Made by a program: the position numbers and the translations under genes
Part shown: piece after piece, positions 42,020 through 58,324 of the stretch
Position numbering within the stretch: position 1 is the stretch's first letter
Layout of the letters: every line of letters begins with the position of its first letter
From: Eledone cirrhosa
Lineage: Eukaryota
Length of the DNA: 64,000 bases
Assembly (NCBI GenBank): GCA_964016885.1
Contig: OZ024740.1
Coordinates: forward strand, 152,272,001-152,336,000
Reading direction: 5' to 3'
The notes under the pieces: generated by a model
Seen by the model: the letters and a program-made list of their open reading frames with translations, nothing else
Told to the model about the DNA's origin: nothing
Database searches by the model: none

Positions 42020-42291
42020 CATATATATATACATATATATACATATATATACATGCATATATATACATATATATATACATATATATATATATACATATAT
42101 ATATACATATATATATATACATATACATATATATATATATATACATATATATACATATATATAGGAACGAGTAATTAGGGTAGTAGAGTGGGTAATAGGA
42201 ACGAGTAGTTCCTATTACCCACTCTACTACCCTAAGTATTGAGTACTTTGGTGCGTTATGGTCCACCTGGTTCCTTACCACATTTCCTTCG

Positions 42292-42344
<53 letters not shown>

Positions 42345-42397
42345 TACATATATACATATACATATATATACATATATATATATACATATATATATAC

Positions 42398-42428
<31 letters not shown>

Positions 42429-43278
42429 CATATATATATACATATATATATATATACATATATACATATACATATATATATACATATATATATACATATA
42501 TATATATACATATATATATATACATATATATATATATACATATATATACATATATATATATACATATATACATATACATATATATACATATATATATATA
42601 CATATATACATATACATATATATATATATATACATATATACATATACATACATATATATATATACATATATATACATATACATATATATATACATATATA
42701 TACATATATATATACATATATATACATATATATATACATATATATATACATATATATATACATATATATATATATACATATACATATATATATATATACA
42801 TATATATATACATATATATATACCTATATATATATACATACTTATATATATATATACATATACATACATATATATATATACATATATATATATACATATA
42901 TATATATACATATATACATATATATATATACATATATATATACCTATATATATATACATACTTATATATATATATACATATATATACATACATATATATA
43001 TATACATATATATATATACATATATATATATACATATATACATATATATATGAAATATTATTTTGAAATATAGTAGGTAAAAAGAAAAAAAGGCATTTCT
43101 TTTATTTTGTTTTATTTGTTATCCATTATATATTTCTACCACATTATATCGACTTCCAAAAATTTATTAATCATTTATTACACAGACTCACATACGCATA
43201 TATATATATATTCTGAGTTTCAGAAGATCCTGTAAAAGGGCCGAAATATATGTTCTACAGATTTATATATATATACTT

Positions 43279-43402
<124 letters not shown>

Positions 43403-43415
43403 CATATAGATATAC

Positions 43416-43494
<79 letters not shown>

Positions 43495-43723
43495 TAAATT
43501 AGCGAGAATCGTTTTCAGCTCAGGAATTAATGAAAATCAACGTCCGATATGTGTGGCAAGCGCTCGATGAATCATATGAAACGGAGCTACAACATACGTT
43601 AAGGGCCAAACACACTGTGATGATGGTTAAACATATCATCCGCACAGCCAAAATCAAAACGACCAAGTAATTCGGGTCAAACAATAAAAATATATGTGTT
43701 GATACTTTCCCGTTGATATATAC

Positions 43724-43754
<31 letters not shown>

Positions 43755-43755
43755 C

Positions 43756-43824
<69 letters not shown>

Positions 43825-43825
43825 C

Positions 43826-43858
<33 letters not shown>

Positions 43859-43859
43859 C

Positions 43860-43892
<33 letters not shown>

Positions 43893-43893
43893 C

Positions 43894-43964
<71 letters not shown>

Positions 43965-43999
43965 CATATAAATATACATATATATATATATATATATAC

Positions 44000-44072
<73 letters not shown>

Positions 44073-44085
44073 CATATATATATAC

Positions 44086-44266
<181 letters not shown>

Positions 44267-44405
44267 TATATACATATATACATATATATATACATATATA
44301 TATACATATATATATATATACATATATATATACATATATACATATATATATACATATATACATATATATATACATATATATATACATATATACATATATA
44401 TATAC

Positions 44406-44466
<61 letters not shown>

Positions 44467-44491
44467 CATATATATATACATATATATATAC

Positions 44492-44576
<85 letters not shown>

Positions 44577-44577
44577 G

Positions 44578-44662
<85 letters not shown>

Positions 44663-44680
44663 AATATATATATATACATG

Positions 44681-44738
<58 letters not shown>

Positions 44739-44754
44739 CATATATATATACATG

Positions 44755-44810
<56 letters not shown>

Positions 44811-44814
44811 CATG

Positions 44815-44851
<37 letters not shown>

Positions 44852-44855
44852 GTAC

Positions 44856-44886
<31 letters not shown>

Positions 44887-44889
44887 TAT

Positions 44890-45425
44890 ATTAGAAAGTG
44901 AGGTTTTTTTTTACAAAATGAAAAATAACCGAGGTGTCCTACACGAGTGGAAGTATAAAGAAAAAGGGATGAAATCGAAAATGCAACTGAAGTCTTATTT
45001 TTTTTTTAAATATATATATTTATTTGGTTCCTTTACCGGTTTCGCAGTTCTTCTGCTTTTCAAAAGGTGAGTTGAGATGGAGGGTCTGTGGTTTTTCTCA
45101 CATCTGGTTGGTCTCTAAATGTTACTTGTTTTATATGGAAAAAGTGGCTCGAAAACCAGGTTTTTCGAGAAGTAATTTGATTGGTTTGTCAATAATTATA
45201 ATAAATTTCGCGCCCACGAAATTTATTATAATTATTGACATATTGACAAACCAATCAAATAACTTCTCGAAAAACCTGGTTTTAGAGCCACTTTTTCTAT
45301 ATAAGAACAAGTAACATTTAGAGACCAACCAGATGTGAGAAAAACCACAGACCCTCCATCTCAACTCACCTTTTGAAAAGCAGAAGAACTGCGAAAACCG
45401 GTAAAGGAACCAAATAAATATACAT
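44890..45425. mobile_element. Fold-back element (~200-bp arms) with a U3-A8 hammerhead in each arm
   Basis: Minus strand 45030-45067 CCTT-TTGAAAA-GCAG AAGAA CTGC-GAAACCGGTA-AAGG; plus copy 45369-45407 has one extra A. Confidence 0.75.
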
Positions 45426-45499
45426 ATATATATATACATATATATATATATACATATATATATTTATACATACATATATATATACATATATATATATAC

Positions 45500-45530
<31 letters not shown>

Positions 45531-45945
45531 CATACATATATATATACATATATATATATATACATATATAATATAATATATAAACATATGTATATATATA
45601 TATACATATATATATACATATATATATACATATACATATATATACATATATATATACATATATATATACATATCAAATATATATATATACATATCATATA
45701 TATATATATATAACATATATATATATACATATATATATACTTATACATATATAATATATATATACATATATATATACATATACAATAATACTATAATATA
45801 TATACATATATATAACATATATATATACATATATATACATATATATATACATATATATACATATATATACATATATATACATATATATACATATATATAC
45901 ATATATATACATATATATACATATATATACATATATATACATATG

Positions 45946-45977
<32 letters not shown>

Positions 45978-46013
45978 CATATATATACATATATATACAT
46001 ATATATATCATAT

Positions 46014-46083
<70 letters not shown>

Positions 46084-46131
46084 CATATATATATAATATA
46101 AATATATATATACATATATATATATATATAC

Positions 46132-46236
<105 letters not shown>

Positions 46237-46294
46237 AAATATATATATATACATATATATACATATATATATATATATATACATACATATATAT

Positions 46295-46467
<173 letters not shown>

Positions 46468-46493
46468 GTATATATATATATATTATATATGTA

Positions 46494-46623
<130 letters not shown>

Positions 46624-46646
46624 CATATATATACATATATATATAC

Positions 46647-46677
<31 letters not shown>

Positions 46678-46763
46678 CATATATATAATATATATATATA
46701 CATATTATATATACATATATATACATATACATATATATATACATATATATATATATATAATAC

Positions 46764-46794
<31 letters not shown>

Positions 46795-46822
46795 CCTATA
46801 TATATATATATACATATATAAA

Positions 46823-46925
<103 letters not shown>

Positions 46926-46936
46926 ATATACATATT

Positions 46937-47001
<65 letters not shown>

Positions 47002-47010
47002 TATATATAC

Positions 47011-47047
<37 letters not shown>

Positions 47048-47057
47048 ATATATATAA

Positions 47058-47133
<76 letters not shown>

Positions 47134-47216
47134 CATACATATAATATATATATATACATATATATATATTACATATATATATACATATATATACATATAT
47201 ATATATGTAAGTATGC

Positions 47217-47273
<57 letters not shown>

Positions 47274-47283
47274 CATATATATA

Positions 47284-47396
<113 letters not shown>

Positions 47397-47401
47397 CATA
47401 C

Positions 47402-47450
<49 letters not shown>

Positions 47451-47457
47451 ATATACA

Positions 47458-47551
<94 letters not shown>

Positions 47552-47552
47552 C

Positions 47553-47677
<125 letters not shown>

Positions 47678-47678
47678 C

Positions 47679-47747
<69 letters not shown>

Positions 47748-47805
47748 ATATAATATATATACTATATATTACATATACATATATATAATACATATACATA
47801 TATAC

Positions 47806-47876
<71 letters not shown>

Positions 47877-47924
47877 CATATAATATATATATACATATAT
47901 ATATATATACATATATATATATAC

Positions 47925-48008
<84 letters not shown>

Positions 48009-48228
48009 ATTATATATATATATATATATATATATAGGAACCAGTAAGACCCCCGACAGCTGAGCTCAAGCCGTTTCGACGGCTAATTCTGGACTCGAAT
48101 TAGCCGTCGAAACGGCTTGAGCTCAGCTGTCGGGGTCTTACTGGTTCCTATTACCCACTCTACTACCCCAAGTATTGAGTACTTTGGTGCGTTATGGTCC
48201 ACCTGGTTCCTTACCACATTTCCTTCGT

Positions 48229-48286
<58 letters not shown>

Positions 48287-48357
48287 CATATATATATATA
48301 CATATATATATACATACATATATATATACATATATATATATATATTTATATATATAC

Positions 48358-48518
<161 letters not shown>

Positions 48519-48519
48519 C

Positions 48520-48602
<83 letters not shown>

Positions 48603-48604
48603 AC

Positions 48605-48645
<41 letters not shown>

Positions 48646-48650
48646 TATAC

Positions 48651-48703
<53 letters not shown>

Positions 48704-48704
48704 C

Positions 48705-48755
<51 letters not shown>

Positions 48756-48788
48756 CATATATATACATATATATATACATATATATAC

Positions 48789-48896
<108 letters not shown>

Positions 48897-49066
48897 TATA
48901 CATATATATACATATATATATATACATATTTATATACATATATATATATACATATTTATATACATATATATATATATATACATATATATATACATATATA
49001 TATATACATATATATATATACATATATATATATACATATATATATACATATATATATTTATACATA

Positions 49067-49162
<96 letters not shown>

Positions 49163-49201
49163 CATATATATATACATATATATATATACATATATATATA
49201 C

Positions 49202-49234
<33 letters not shown>

Positions 49235-49507
49235 CATATATATATACATATATATACATATATATACATGCATATATATACATATATATATACATATATA
49301 TATATATACATATATATATACATATATATATATACATATACATATATATATATATATACATATATATACATATATATAGGAACGAGTAATTAGGGTAGTA
49401 GAGTGGGTAATAGGAACGAGTAGTTCCTATTACCCACTCTACTACCCTAAGTATTGAGTACTTTGGTGCGTTATGGTCCACCTGGTTCCTTACCACATTT
49501 CCTTCGT

Positions 49508-49538
<31 letters not shown>

Positions 49539-50418
49539 TATATATATATACATATATACATATATACATATACATATATATACATATATATATATACATA
49601 TATATATACATATATATAAATATACATATATATATATATACATATATATATACATATATATATATATACATATATACATATATACATATATATATACATA
49701 TATATATATATACATATATACATATACATATATATATACATATATATATACATATATATATATACATATATATATATACATATATATATATATACATATA
49801 TATACATATATATATATACATATATACATATACATATATATACATATATATATATACATATATACATATACATATATATATATATATACATATATACATA
49901 TACATACATATATATATATATACATATATATACATATACATATATATATACATATATATACATATATAATATACATATATACATATATATATACATATAT
50001 ATATACATATATATATACATATATATATATATACATATACATATATATATATATACATATATATATACATATATATATACCTATATATATATACATACTT
50101 ATATATATATATACATATACATACATATATATATATACATATATATATATACATATATATATATACATATATACATATATATATATACATATATATATAC
50201 CTATATATATATACATACTTATATATATATATACATATATATACATACATATATATATAACATATATATATATACATATATATATTATACATATATACAT
50301 ATATATATATACATATATATATACATACATATATATATATACATATATATATATACATATATATATATACATATATACATATATATATATACATATATAT
50401 ATACATATATATATATAC

Positions 50419-50465
<47 letters not shown>

Positions 50466-50582
50466 CATATATATATATACATATATATATACATATATAT
50501 ATATACATATATATATATATACATATATATACATATATATATATATATACATATATATACATATATATATACATATATATAC

Positions 50583-50623
<41 letters not shown>

Positions 50624-50669
50624 TATACATATATATATATATACATGTATATACATATATATATATAAC

Positions 50670-51125
50670 TTTGAAATGTTTTGGCCAGTATTGGCCCAGG
50701 CCATGTCTAACTTAATAGCACCACCTGGCGAAGTCTTTCAATTCAGGATTTGGGCACCATGGCCCATTCGAGAAGAGAATTACTGTTTGCGGATACATAT
50801 CCGGGTGTGGGTGGTTTGTCCGGGATTACTTGGAGGAATTTGTCCAAAGACTTCTTGAATTTTGTGTGGTCAGTTTCTGTTTTGACGTGTCCTGGTGTGA
50901 TGTTGAAGAGAGCAGGGCCGATTGAGGTGAAATAATTGTGCCGTATTGTTGTTATGAGTTGCGATTTAGATTTTTGAATGGGACGGATAGCACGGGGCCC
51001 AAGCCTTGGGTGTATCTTGAAGGCGATGCCAACATCATTTGGGCAGTGATGATGGAACATTTTCCACATCATGCAGATAATATAACGCTCACGGCGGTTG
51101 GAGTGAGTAAAGTTTCAGGTTTTCT
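50670..51125 (-). mobile_element. CR1-like LINE 3' fragment inside the (TA)n array
   Basis: [52 protein letters not shown]. Confidence 0.65.
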
Positions 51126-51168
51126 ATATATGTATATACATATATATATATATACATGTATATACATA

Positions 51169-51213
<45 letters not shown>

Positions 51214-51352
51214 ATATATATACACATATATATATACATATATATATATATACATATATATATATACATATATATATAGAGATATATATATATACATATA
51301 TACATATACATATATATATATATATATATATACATATATACATATACATATA

Positions 51353-51384
<32 letters not shown>

Positions 51385-51820
51385 GATATATATATATACA
51401 TATATATATATAGATATATATATATACATATATACATATATATATATACATATAGATATATATATATACATATATATATATACATATGTATATACATATA
51501 TATATACATATGTATATACATATATATATATACATATATACATATACATATATACATATACATATATATATATATACATATATATACATATATATATATA
51601 CATATATATACATATACATATATATATATACATATATATATACATATATATATATACATATATATATACATATATATATATACATATATATATACATATA
51701 TATATATATACATATACATATATATATACATATATATATACATATATATACATATATGAAGAAATAGTATATATTTTAATATCTGATTGATTCTATAGAC
51801 ATGAGTTATGATATATAAAC

Positions 51821-51869
<49 letters not shown>

Positions 51870-51882
51870 CATATATATATAC

Positions 51883-51915
<33 letters not shown>

Positions 51916-52018
51916 CATATATATATACATATAAATATATACATATATATATACATATATATATACATATATATATACATATATATATACATATATATAT
52001 ACATATATATATACATAT

Positions 52019-52049
<31 letters not shown>

Positions 52050-52372
52050 CATACATATATATATATACATATATACATATATATATATACATCTATATAT
52101 ACATATATATATATACATATATACATCTATATATACATATATATATATACATATATATATACACATATATATATACATATATATATATACATATATATAT
52201 ACATATATATATATACATATATATATACATATATATATACATATATATATATACATATATATACATATATATACATATATATATACACATATATATATAT
52301 ATACATATATATACACATATATATATATATACATATATATATATACATATATATATGTATATATATATATAC

Positions 52373-52415
<43 letters not shown>

Positions 52416-52456
52416 CATATATATATGTATATATATATATACATATATATATATAC

Positions 52457-52499
<43 letters not shown>

Positions 52500-52542
52500 C
52501 ATATATATATATACATATATATATATACATATATATATATAC

Positions 52543-52605
<63 letters not shown>

Positions 52606-52623
52606 CATATATATATACATATA

Positions 52624-52661
<38 letters not shown>

Positions 52662-52884
52662 CATATATACATATATAGAGAGAGAGATAAAATATATAAA
52701 ATTAACCATATAAAAATCAATTAGACCAAGCTATAAGAATAAAGGCTCCTATGAAAAAATATTTGATAAATAACCGAAAGCAGCCTCTTTTCAACAGCAT
52801 GTAGAAACTGACGAAACATATCGTCAACCATACACAATTAGGTATAAATTCAAGTTAGAAGAAACGTGTACATACCGGAATTAA

Positions 52885-52963
52885 TATCCCTACCATGGTT
52901 TCGTTCGTATTTTGAGACATCCTATTAAGGATAAATCTCGAGTATCGAACTCATCAGAAGACA
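52885..52963 (-). ncRNA. Intact-looking type I hammerhead with long stem II
   Basis: Reverse complement TGTCTT-CTGATGA-GTTCG...(ATCCT TAAT AGGAT)...CGAAC-GAAACCATGGTA-GGGATA; palindromic stem III ACCATGGT, GUA cleavage triplet. Confidence 0.8.
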
Positions 52964-53316
52964 AACTCAATAGGACAGTTAATTTTCCAAAGCGTACCCG
53001 CCAGAAATAGATTTAAAAAAATGGCTAAGAATCGTGACGTGGCAGTGGTCAAGTTAGAAAGAAAGTGATTAGTTGCTTAAGGCGAGTAGGCTGGTTGCTA
53101 GAAAGCGCAGCCCAATATCGCCCAAATTGCATCTCAACCCAACGGGAGATTATTAAATATAAAGATTTACATATACATAAAGTCACAGATATATATGTGG
53201 CAACCGTTCACGATGTGACTCAATGAAGAATTAATAAATTAAATAATCAGAGCAATATATCATATATCCGGAGAGGGGTCGATAAGGATGATATATATAT
53301 ATATATATATATATTT

Positions 53317-53349
<33 letters not shown>

Positions 53350-53404
53350 GAGAAAACCGTTAAGGGTGAAAGCAGCGATTCTTTGCTTGAACTTTAATCT
53401 GTTA

Positions 53405-53493
<89 letters not shown>

Positions 53494-53557
53494 AGATAAA
53501 TCTACCAAAATATACGGTAGTGTCCAATCCGTATGAAGAACTCAATGTAATCCAAAT

Positions 53558-53669
53558 ATTATTTCTGAAGACAGCATATATATGTGTAGGTATGTATATT
53601 TTTACATAGATCTATATGATATACATACCAACACACAAATATATATCATAGAAACGATCGTAAAATGAT
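53558..53669 (+). ncRNA. Type I hammerhead with ~80-nt AT-rich stem II
   Basis: ATTATTT-CTGAAGA-...GGTATGTATAT/ATATACATACC...-GAAACGATCGTA-AAATGAT; 7-bp stem I, palindromic ACGATCGT stem III. Confidence 0.7.
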
Positions 53670-53721
53670 GAATTTTTTAATATAAGGAACTGTTTCTTTG
53701 TTTTTATTCATTATTTTTATT

Positions 53722-53758
<37 letters not shown>

Positions 53759-54465
53759 CCTTATCGAGCCCTCTTCGGATTTTAGTTTTCATATTTATTA
53801 TTACTATATATATATAATCAAAACCGATGGGCTAATGCAACGGAATAACGGACAAAACACAGTACGGTCCTTCTCATCAGTCGACCGCTGGAGGTTTTGG
53901 TTCTCTAAGGTCAGTACCACTGGCTCCAGTGCACATGGGACAGTAATACATGAACGCAATATATGATGATTGGTTTTTCGACTATTTACAAATAAATAAG
54001 ATTTAAAAAAAAAACAATAAGCTGCAGCAGAGAAAAGGGGATATAAACAAAGCTCGACATATTAGCCAAGAAGAGGAATTATTTACAGAAGCCAAAGTGA
54101 GTGAGAAAAAATTGTCCGTTGAACGTAAGTTTTATATAGACAGACACAATTAAGAAGAAGAAGAAGCGAGAGAGAGTATGTGAGAGAGAAAAAACGAGAG
54201 GTGAAAACAGTGGACACAGGCAGAAGGGGAAGTGTTCTTTTGGACGTAAGTCCTATATAGACAGACGCTATGATCAGAGAAAATGAACGAGAAAAAGAAT
54301 TAAAGACGGTGGCTGAAGACAACGGAAACTCGGATGAAACACAGTAGTCTTTTCCCATCAGTTGACCGCTGGAGGTCTTCGTGATTTCAAAACTTTAAGG
54401 TCAAAACCACTAGACAGTAATAGATGAACACAAGACAGGACGATTATTTTTGCGATACTTATATA

Positions 54466-54500
<35 letters not shown>

Positions 54501-54502
54501 CG

Positions 54503-54565
<63 letters not shown>

Positions 54566-54913
54566 GTGTATAAGTGTGGTAGCTCGAGGCTAAGTTGGGC
54601 TAACAAGCATAACGTTCTGAGTCTTGATCCCGGAAGAGGCGGTGCGTTGTGACCTTGAGCAAGACACTTTATTTCACGCTCTTCCAGATCACTCAACTGC
54701 AGAAAAGGATTTGCAGCGTGACTAGTGTCAATCTGTATCAACCTGTCCCTTGAACATTATCATTAGCGTGAAGAGAGGAGTCCTGTATGCATGATTTTCC
54801 ATAAAGCGTGCAGGCTTCACCTTGTAGAGTCAGTCGGAGTGTGTGAGTGTGTGTATGTATTCTTATGTATTTATTTATATTGGCTTCAGTGCTTCCATTG
54901 CTTTTGTTTTCAG

Positions 54914-55088
54914 GTATCAGTGTTCAAAGGTTAGCCAACAGAAACCCTCAACAGTTATCTGGAATAATCTTGTTGGGTTCACTTCTTCAAAATGGCACGC
55001 TATTCGAGTACTTCGGAATGAACGTATTGACAGTCGCTGGCGATCTGGATGGTGTAACAAGGGTTACCCAAATAGCTCAGACTTTTAA
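54914..55088 (+). CDS. Alpha/beta-hydrolase (Abhydrolase_5-like) exon containing the putative catalytic Asp region
   Basis: ttttgttttcag acceptor; GISVQRLANRNPQQLSGIILLGSLL...NVLTVAGDLDGVTRVTQIAQTF; donor AA|gtaatg, phase 1 to phase 2. Confidence 0.8.
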
Positions 55089-55384
55089 GTAATGTGTCAA
55101 TGATTTTTCTCAATTCCTTTTTTGTTTATTTAAGCAAGCAGGTGTGATTAATATTAGATTGTCGGGCGGTGGAGATCTTTTACTTAGCACCTAGTTTATA
55201 ACTAAGACCAGGGTTATCATTAAGGTCAGCAAGACAGCCGCTAAGGGTACAGACATCAGCGAGGGCATTAATGAACCTTAAACGGTTACATTTTTATACA
55301 AATTTGTATAATTAATTTAGATATATAATAATTCCCTGCAATCAATAAATAAATTGTTAAAGGCCTTTTGCCTAAATTAAAAAC

Positions 55385-55421
<37 letters not shown>

Positions 55422-55426
55422 CATAT

Positions 55427-55625
55427 GGCGGTGAACTGGCAGTATTGGTAGAGGGTCGGACGCCATGCTTTCCAGCGTAGTTACGTCCCTTTACGATCTG
55501 AGTTCAAATCCCGCCGAGGTTAACTTTACCTTTCATCCTTACGAGGTCGATAAAATAAAATACCAGTAATGTACTGGGTTATTGCTGGCCTTGTGCCAGA
55601 AGTAGAAACAATTATTATTATTATT
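55427..55625 (+). mobile_element. Full-length tRNA-derived SINE with (ATT)n tail
   Basis: Near-identical to 9043-9227. Confidence 0.85.
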
Positions 55626-57302
55626 ATTGCTGTTGTTGTTGTTGCTTTTATTGCTTTTGTTGTTCTTGTAATTGTAGTGGAAGTTGTTGTTGTGTAAATA
55701 CCAAAAGCCCTAGAGAAGGCTATATGGTGTTATGACCTGCCTCATGGTTTGGTTGATTGTGTAGTAAAAAATGCAGGCTTAGTCATTTTCTTAGTCTGTC
55801 TCAAAAGCTACGTTTGTCAGTTTGCCAAATTGTAATATTTGGCAGAATGTGACTCCTTACCGGGAGATTCGGGAGCATTTTGTAGAGTCCGTGTCGGCTC
55901 TGTTTAAAACAGCACTCTATAACTATGTATTCCTTAAGTGAAGTCTACACTATTGCAAACATTCGTTCCATGTCTCCGGTAATATTCACTACATTATACT
56001 ACTGATCGAAAGGTTAAAGATTTGCTCTATGCAGTCATAGAAAATGTTACGAAACATTACACTAAAAGGTCCGATTTTATCTTGTAATACAAAGACAGTA
56101 TTCACATGAGTAACGAAAGGGCCAATCCCTGAAATTAGCATATATGTGGCTGAATGTTTCAAAAACGTGTACATTCAACCCAATTCTCACGGAGATTCAA
56201 CGTGACACATTATGACAAGGCTGGCCCGTTGATTTATAGTCACAGTCCATTTGACATTTTACCAATATCACGCAAGGTTGGGTTCAATAGGAGGCTATTA
56301 TAAGGATATTTGTCCAAGATGATTTGCGTCGAGATAGAATCTGCGACCTTATGATTGTGAAGTGGATTTCGTAAGCAATCAGCTTTGTCTGCATCCATAA
56401 AATCAGCACCAATGAAAATATATTTAGCATAAAAAGCAGAGAAGGAAATGAAAGAATGATAACAATTTTATCAACTTAAAAGTCATTTCTTCACTGTAAT
56501 CTCGAAATTTCTGAATGGAATTCTGAAATTTTCCCTCCAAAGGGAAATATACCCACATTAATCTCCTATGCCTGAATAGAAAATAATGGCAGTGGTGATT
56601 ATAACACTTTGATCATTTGTATGCTCGATCATAGCCTTGCTGAGGCTAAACGTCAATAACATTTTGATAAATTAATATTTGCATAAGAGATAAATTAGTG
56701 TTTGCATAAGAGAAACCATATGTTGATTAAAGATAAAAATGATATGTTAATAATATATTTCTAGGATATAATTACAAAAATGTTCAGCGTACATATCAGT
56801 AGAAATGACATACAAGATTAAATGCATCAGCAACTTTAGAAAAATATTTCCAGGGACAAATATAGTGTAAGAATCCAAGACCTTGTGACTGGAATACAAA
56901 TTTCGTATAGCAGAAACGTGACTGAGATAGGAATTGCGTTGTTTGCATGTGTGTGTATTTCTATATGTTTGTATGTGTAAATGTTGAAGGAATACAGGCA
57001 GATATATAAATAAACAATTAAATACACATGGGGTATTATTATGGTTGATATATTTACTGTTATGTATAGGTAAATTATATGATAGTGGATATATTCCTCC
57101 ATCCCATCCAAAAGTATTGTGTATTAATTTATTAATGTATTCAGTTATTTAATAAATCGATCTTGGTTTATTAGAAATCGAGCTTCGCAGAGACAACAGC
57201 TATTTTCAACCAGTTATTTATATATTGTTATATGTTTTATATATATTTTCAAACCGCTATTGATATATTTTTGAATTAATATTTGTTTGATAATTTTGTC
57301 AG

Positions 57303-57579
57303 AGTACTTTCCGAAGAGGTTGAGAAGAACAGTGCGATGCAATATAAAGCACCAATGGTTATTCTGAAGGGTGTCAACCACGGGTCGTTTTCTAATAATA
57401 TATTACAGAAGGACATGAAACGATACGACCTCACAGCCGAGTTATCAATCAGAAAATCTCAGAGGTTAATAGCTAAATACATTGGTATATTTCTATCATA
57501 CACGAGTCGAGGCTCAAGAAATAAAAAACAACGAAAGAGAATGTCCAATTGGTTCAAGAGAACCACTATGTTCCTTCAG
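57303..57579 (+). CDS. Alpha/beta-hydrolase exon containing the putative catalytic His (ILKGVNHGSF)
   Basis: ttttgtcag acceptor at phase 2 joins AA+A; GxNHxxF motif; CAG|gtaatt donor. Confidence 0.8.
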
Positions 57580-58009
57580 GTAATTGCAGGTTGTTGCTTT
57601 CGTTGTTGTTGTAATTATTATTGTTTCTTCGCTCAGCTTCTAACGCTGGAGATGTATTACAGAGTTAGCTGTTCACTACCAGAGAACTGAGGAAACACCC
57701 CTTATTTTTCGAGTACCCCCCGGAGTATTCGAGCTGTTACAAGCAATGCTATATTTTCTAAGTGTTCCATTCGTATTACAATCCCTATTTGTTTGATGTA
57801 CTTCTCAAGACCTCTACTCACTGTTCCCAAGACTCCAACTATCATTAGTATTAACACCACCCTTTTCAGTGACTACAACTACTTAATCTCTCAATCTAAC
57901 CTGTTATATCTATCAATTTCTTTTCCTTCTTTATCACATACCTTATTATCAGCTGGACATGCTATATCTATCATCCAACGCTGCTTTCTGCCTCAATTAG
58001 TACAATATA

Positions 58010-58320
58010 TGGTCACATATGTTCAATCTCATGGTCACACTGTATCACAAAGTCCCACAGGATCTTTGCATTATCATTTTCGATAACGCCCTGAGGGTTA
58101 TGTCCGTGCCACTTTCTGCTGTCAAGTACATATTTGCCACAAAGTAACCTTGCTATGTTGTCGTGACGTCCCTGATATTCTTTCTGGGCTAGTGGTGTGC
58201 ATTGGCTGGTAATATGCTGCACACTTTCTCCATTCATGCCACAAATTCAACACTTATCACTTTCTGCTGTGTGGTCTGCTCTATGCTTGATGCAGTTAGT
58301 TCTTAGCGCTTGTTCTTGAT
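58010..58320 (-). mobile_element. R4/Dong-like LINE fragment (CCHC plus start of RLE)
   Basis: ESVQHITSQCTPLAQKEYQGRHDNIA..ENDNAKILWDFVIQCDHEIEH. Confidence 0.75.
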
Positions 58321-58324
58321 TCGG

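Noticed and set aside
53850-54420. CTGATGA-like motif on the minus strand in two similar segments (~53875, ~54357)
   Set aside because: There is no correctly placed GAAA or stem III, so it is not called as a ribozyme.
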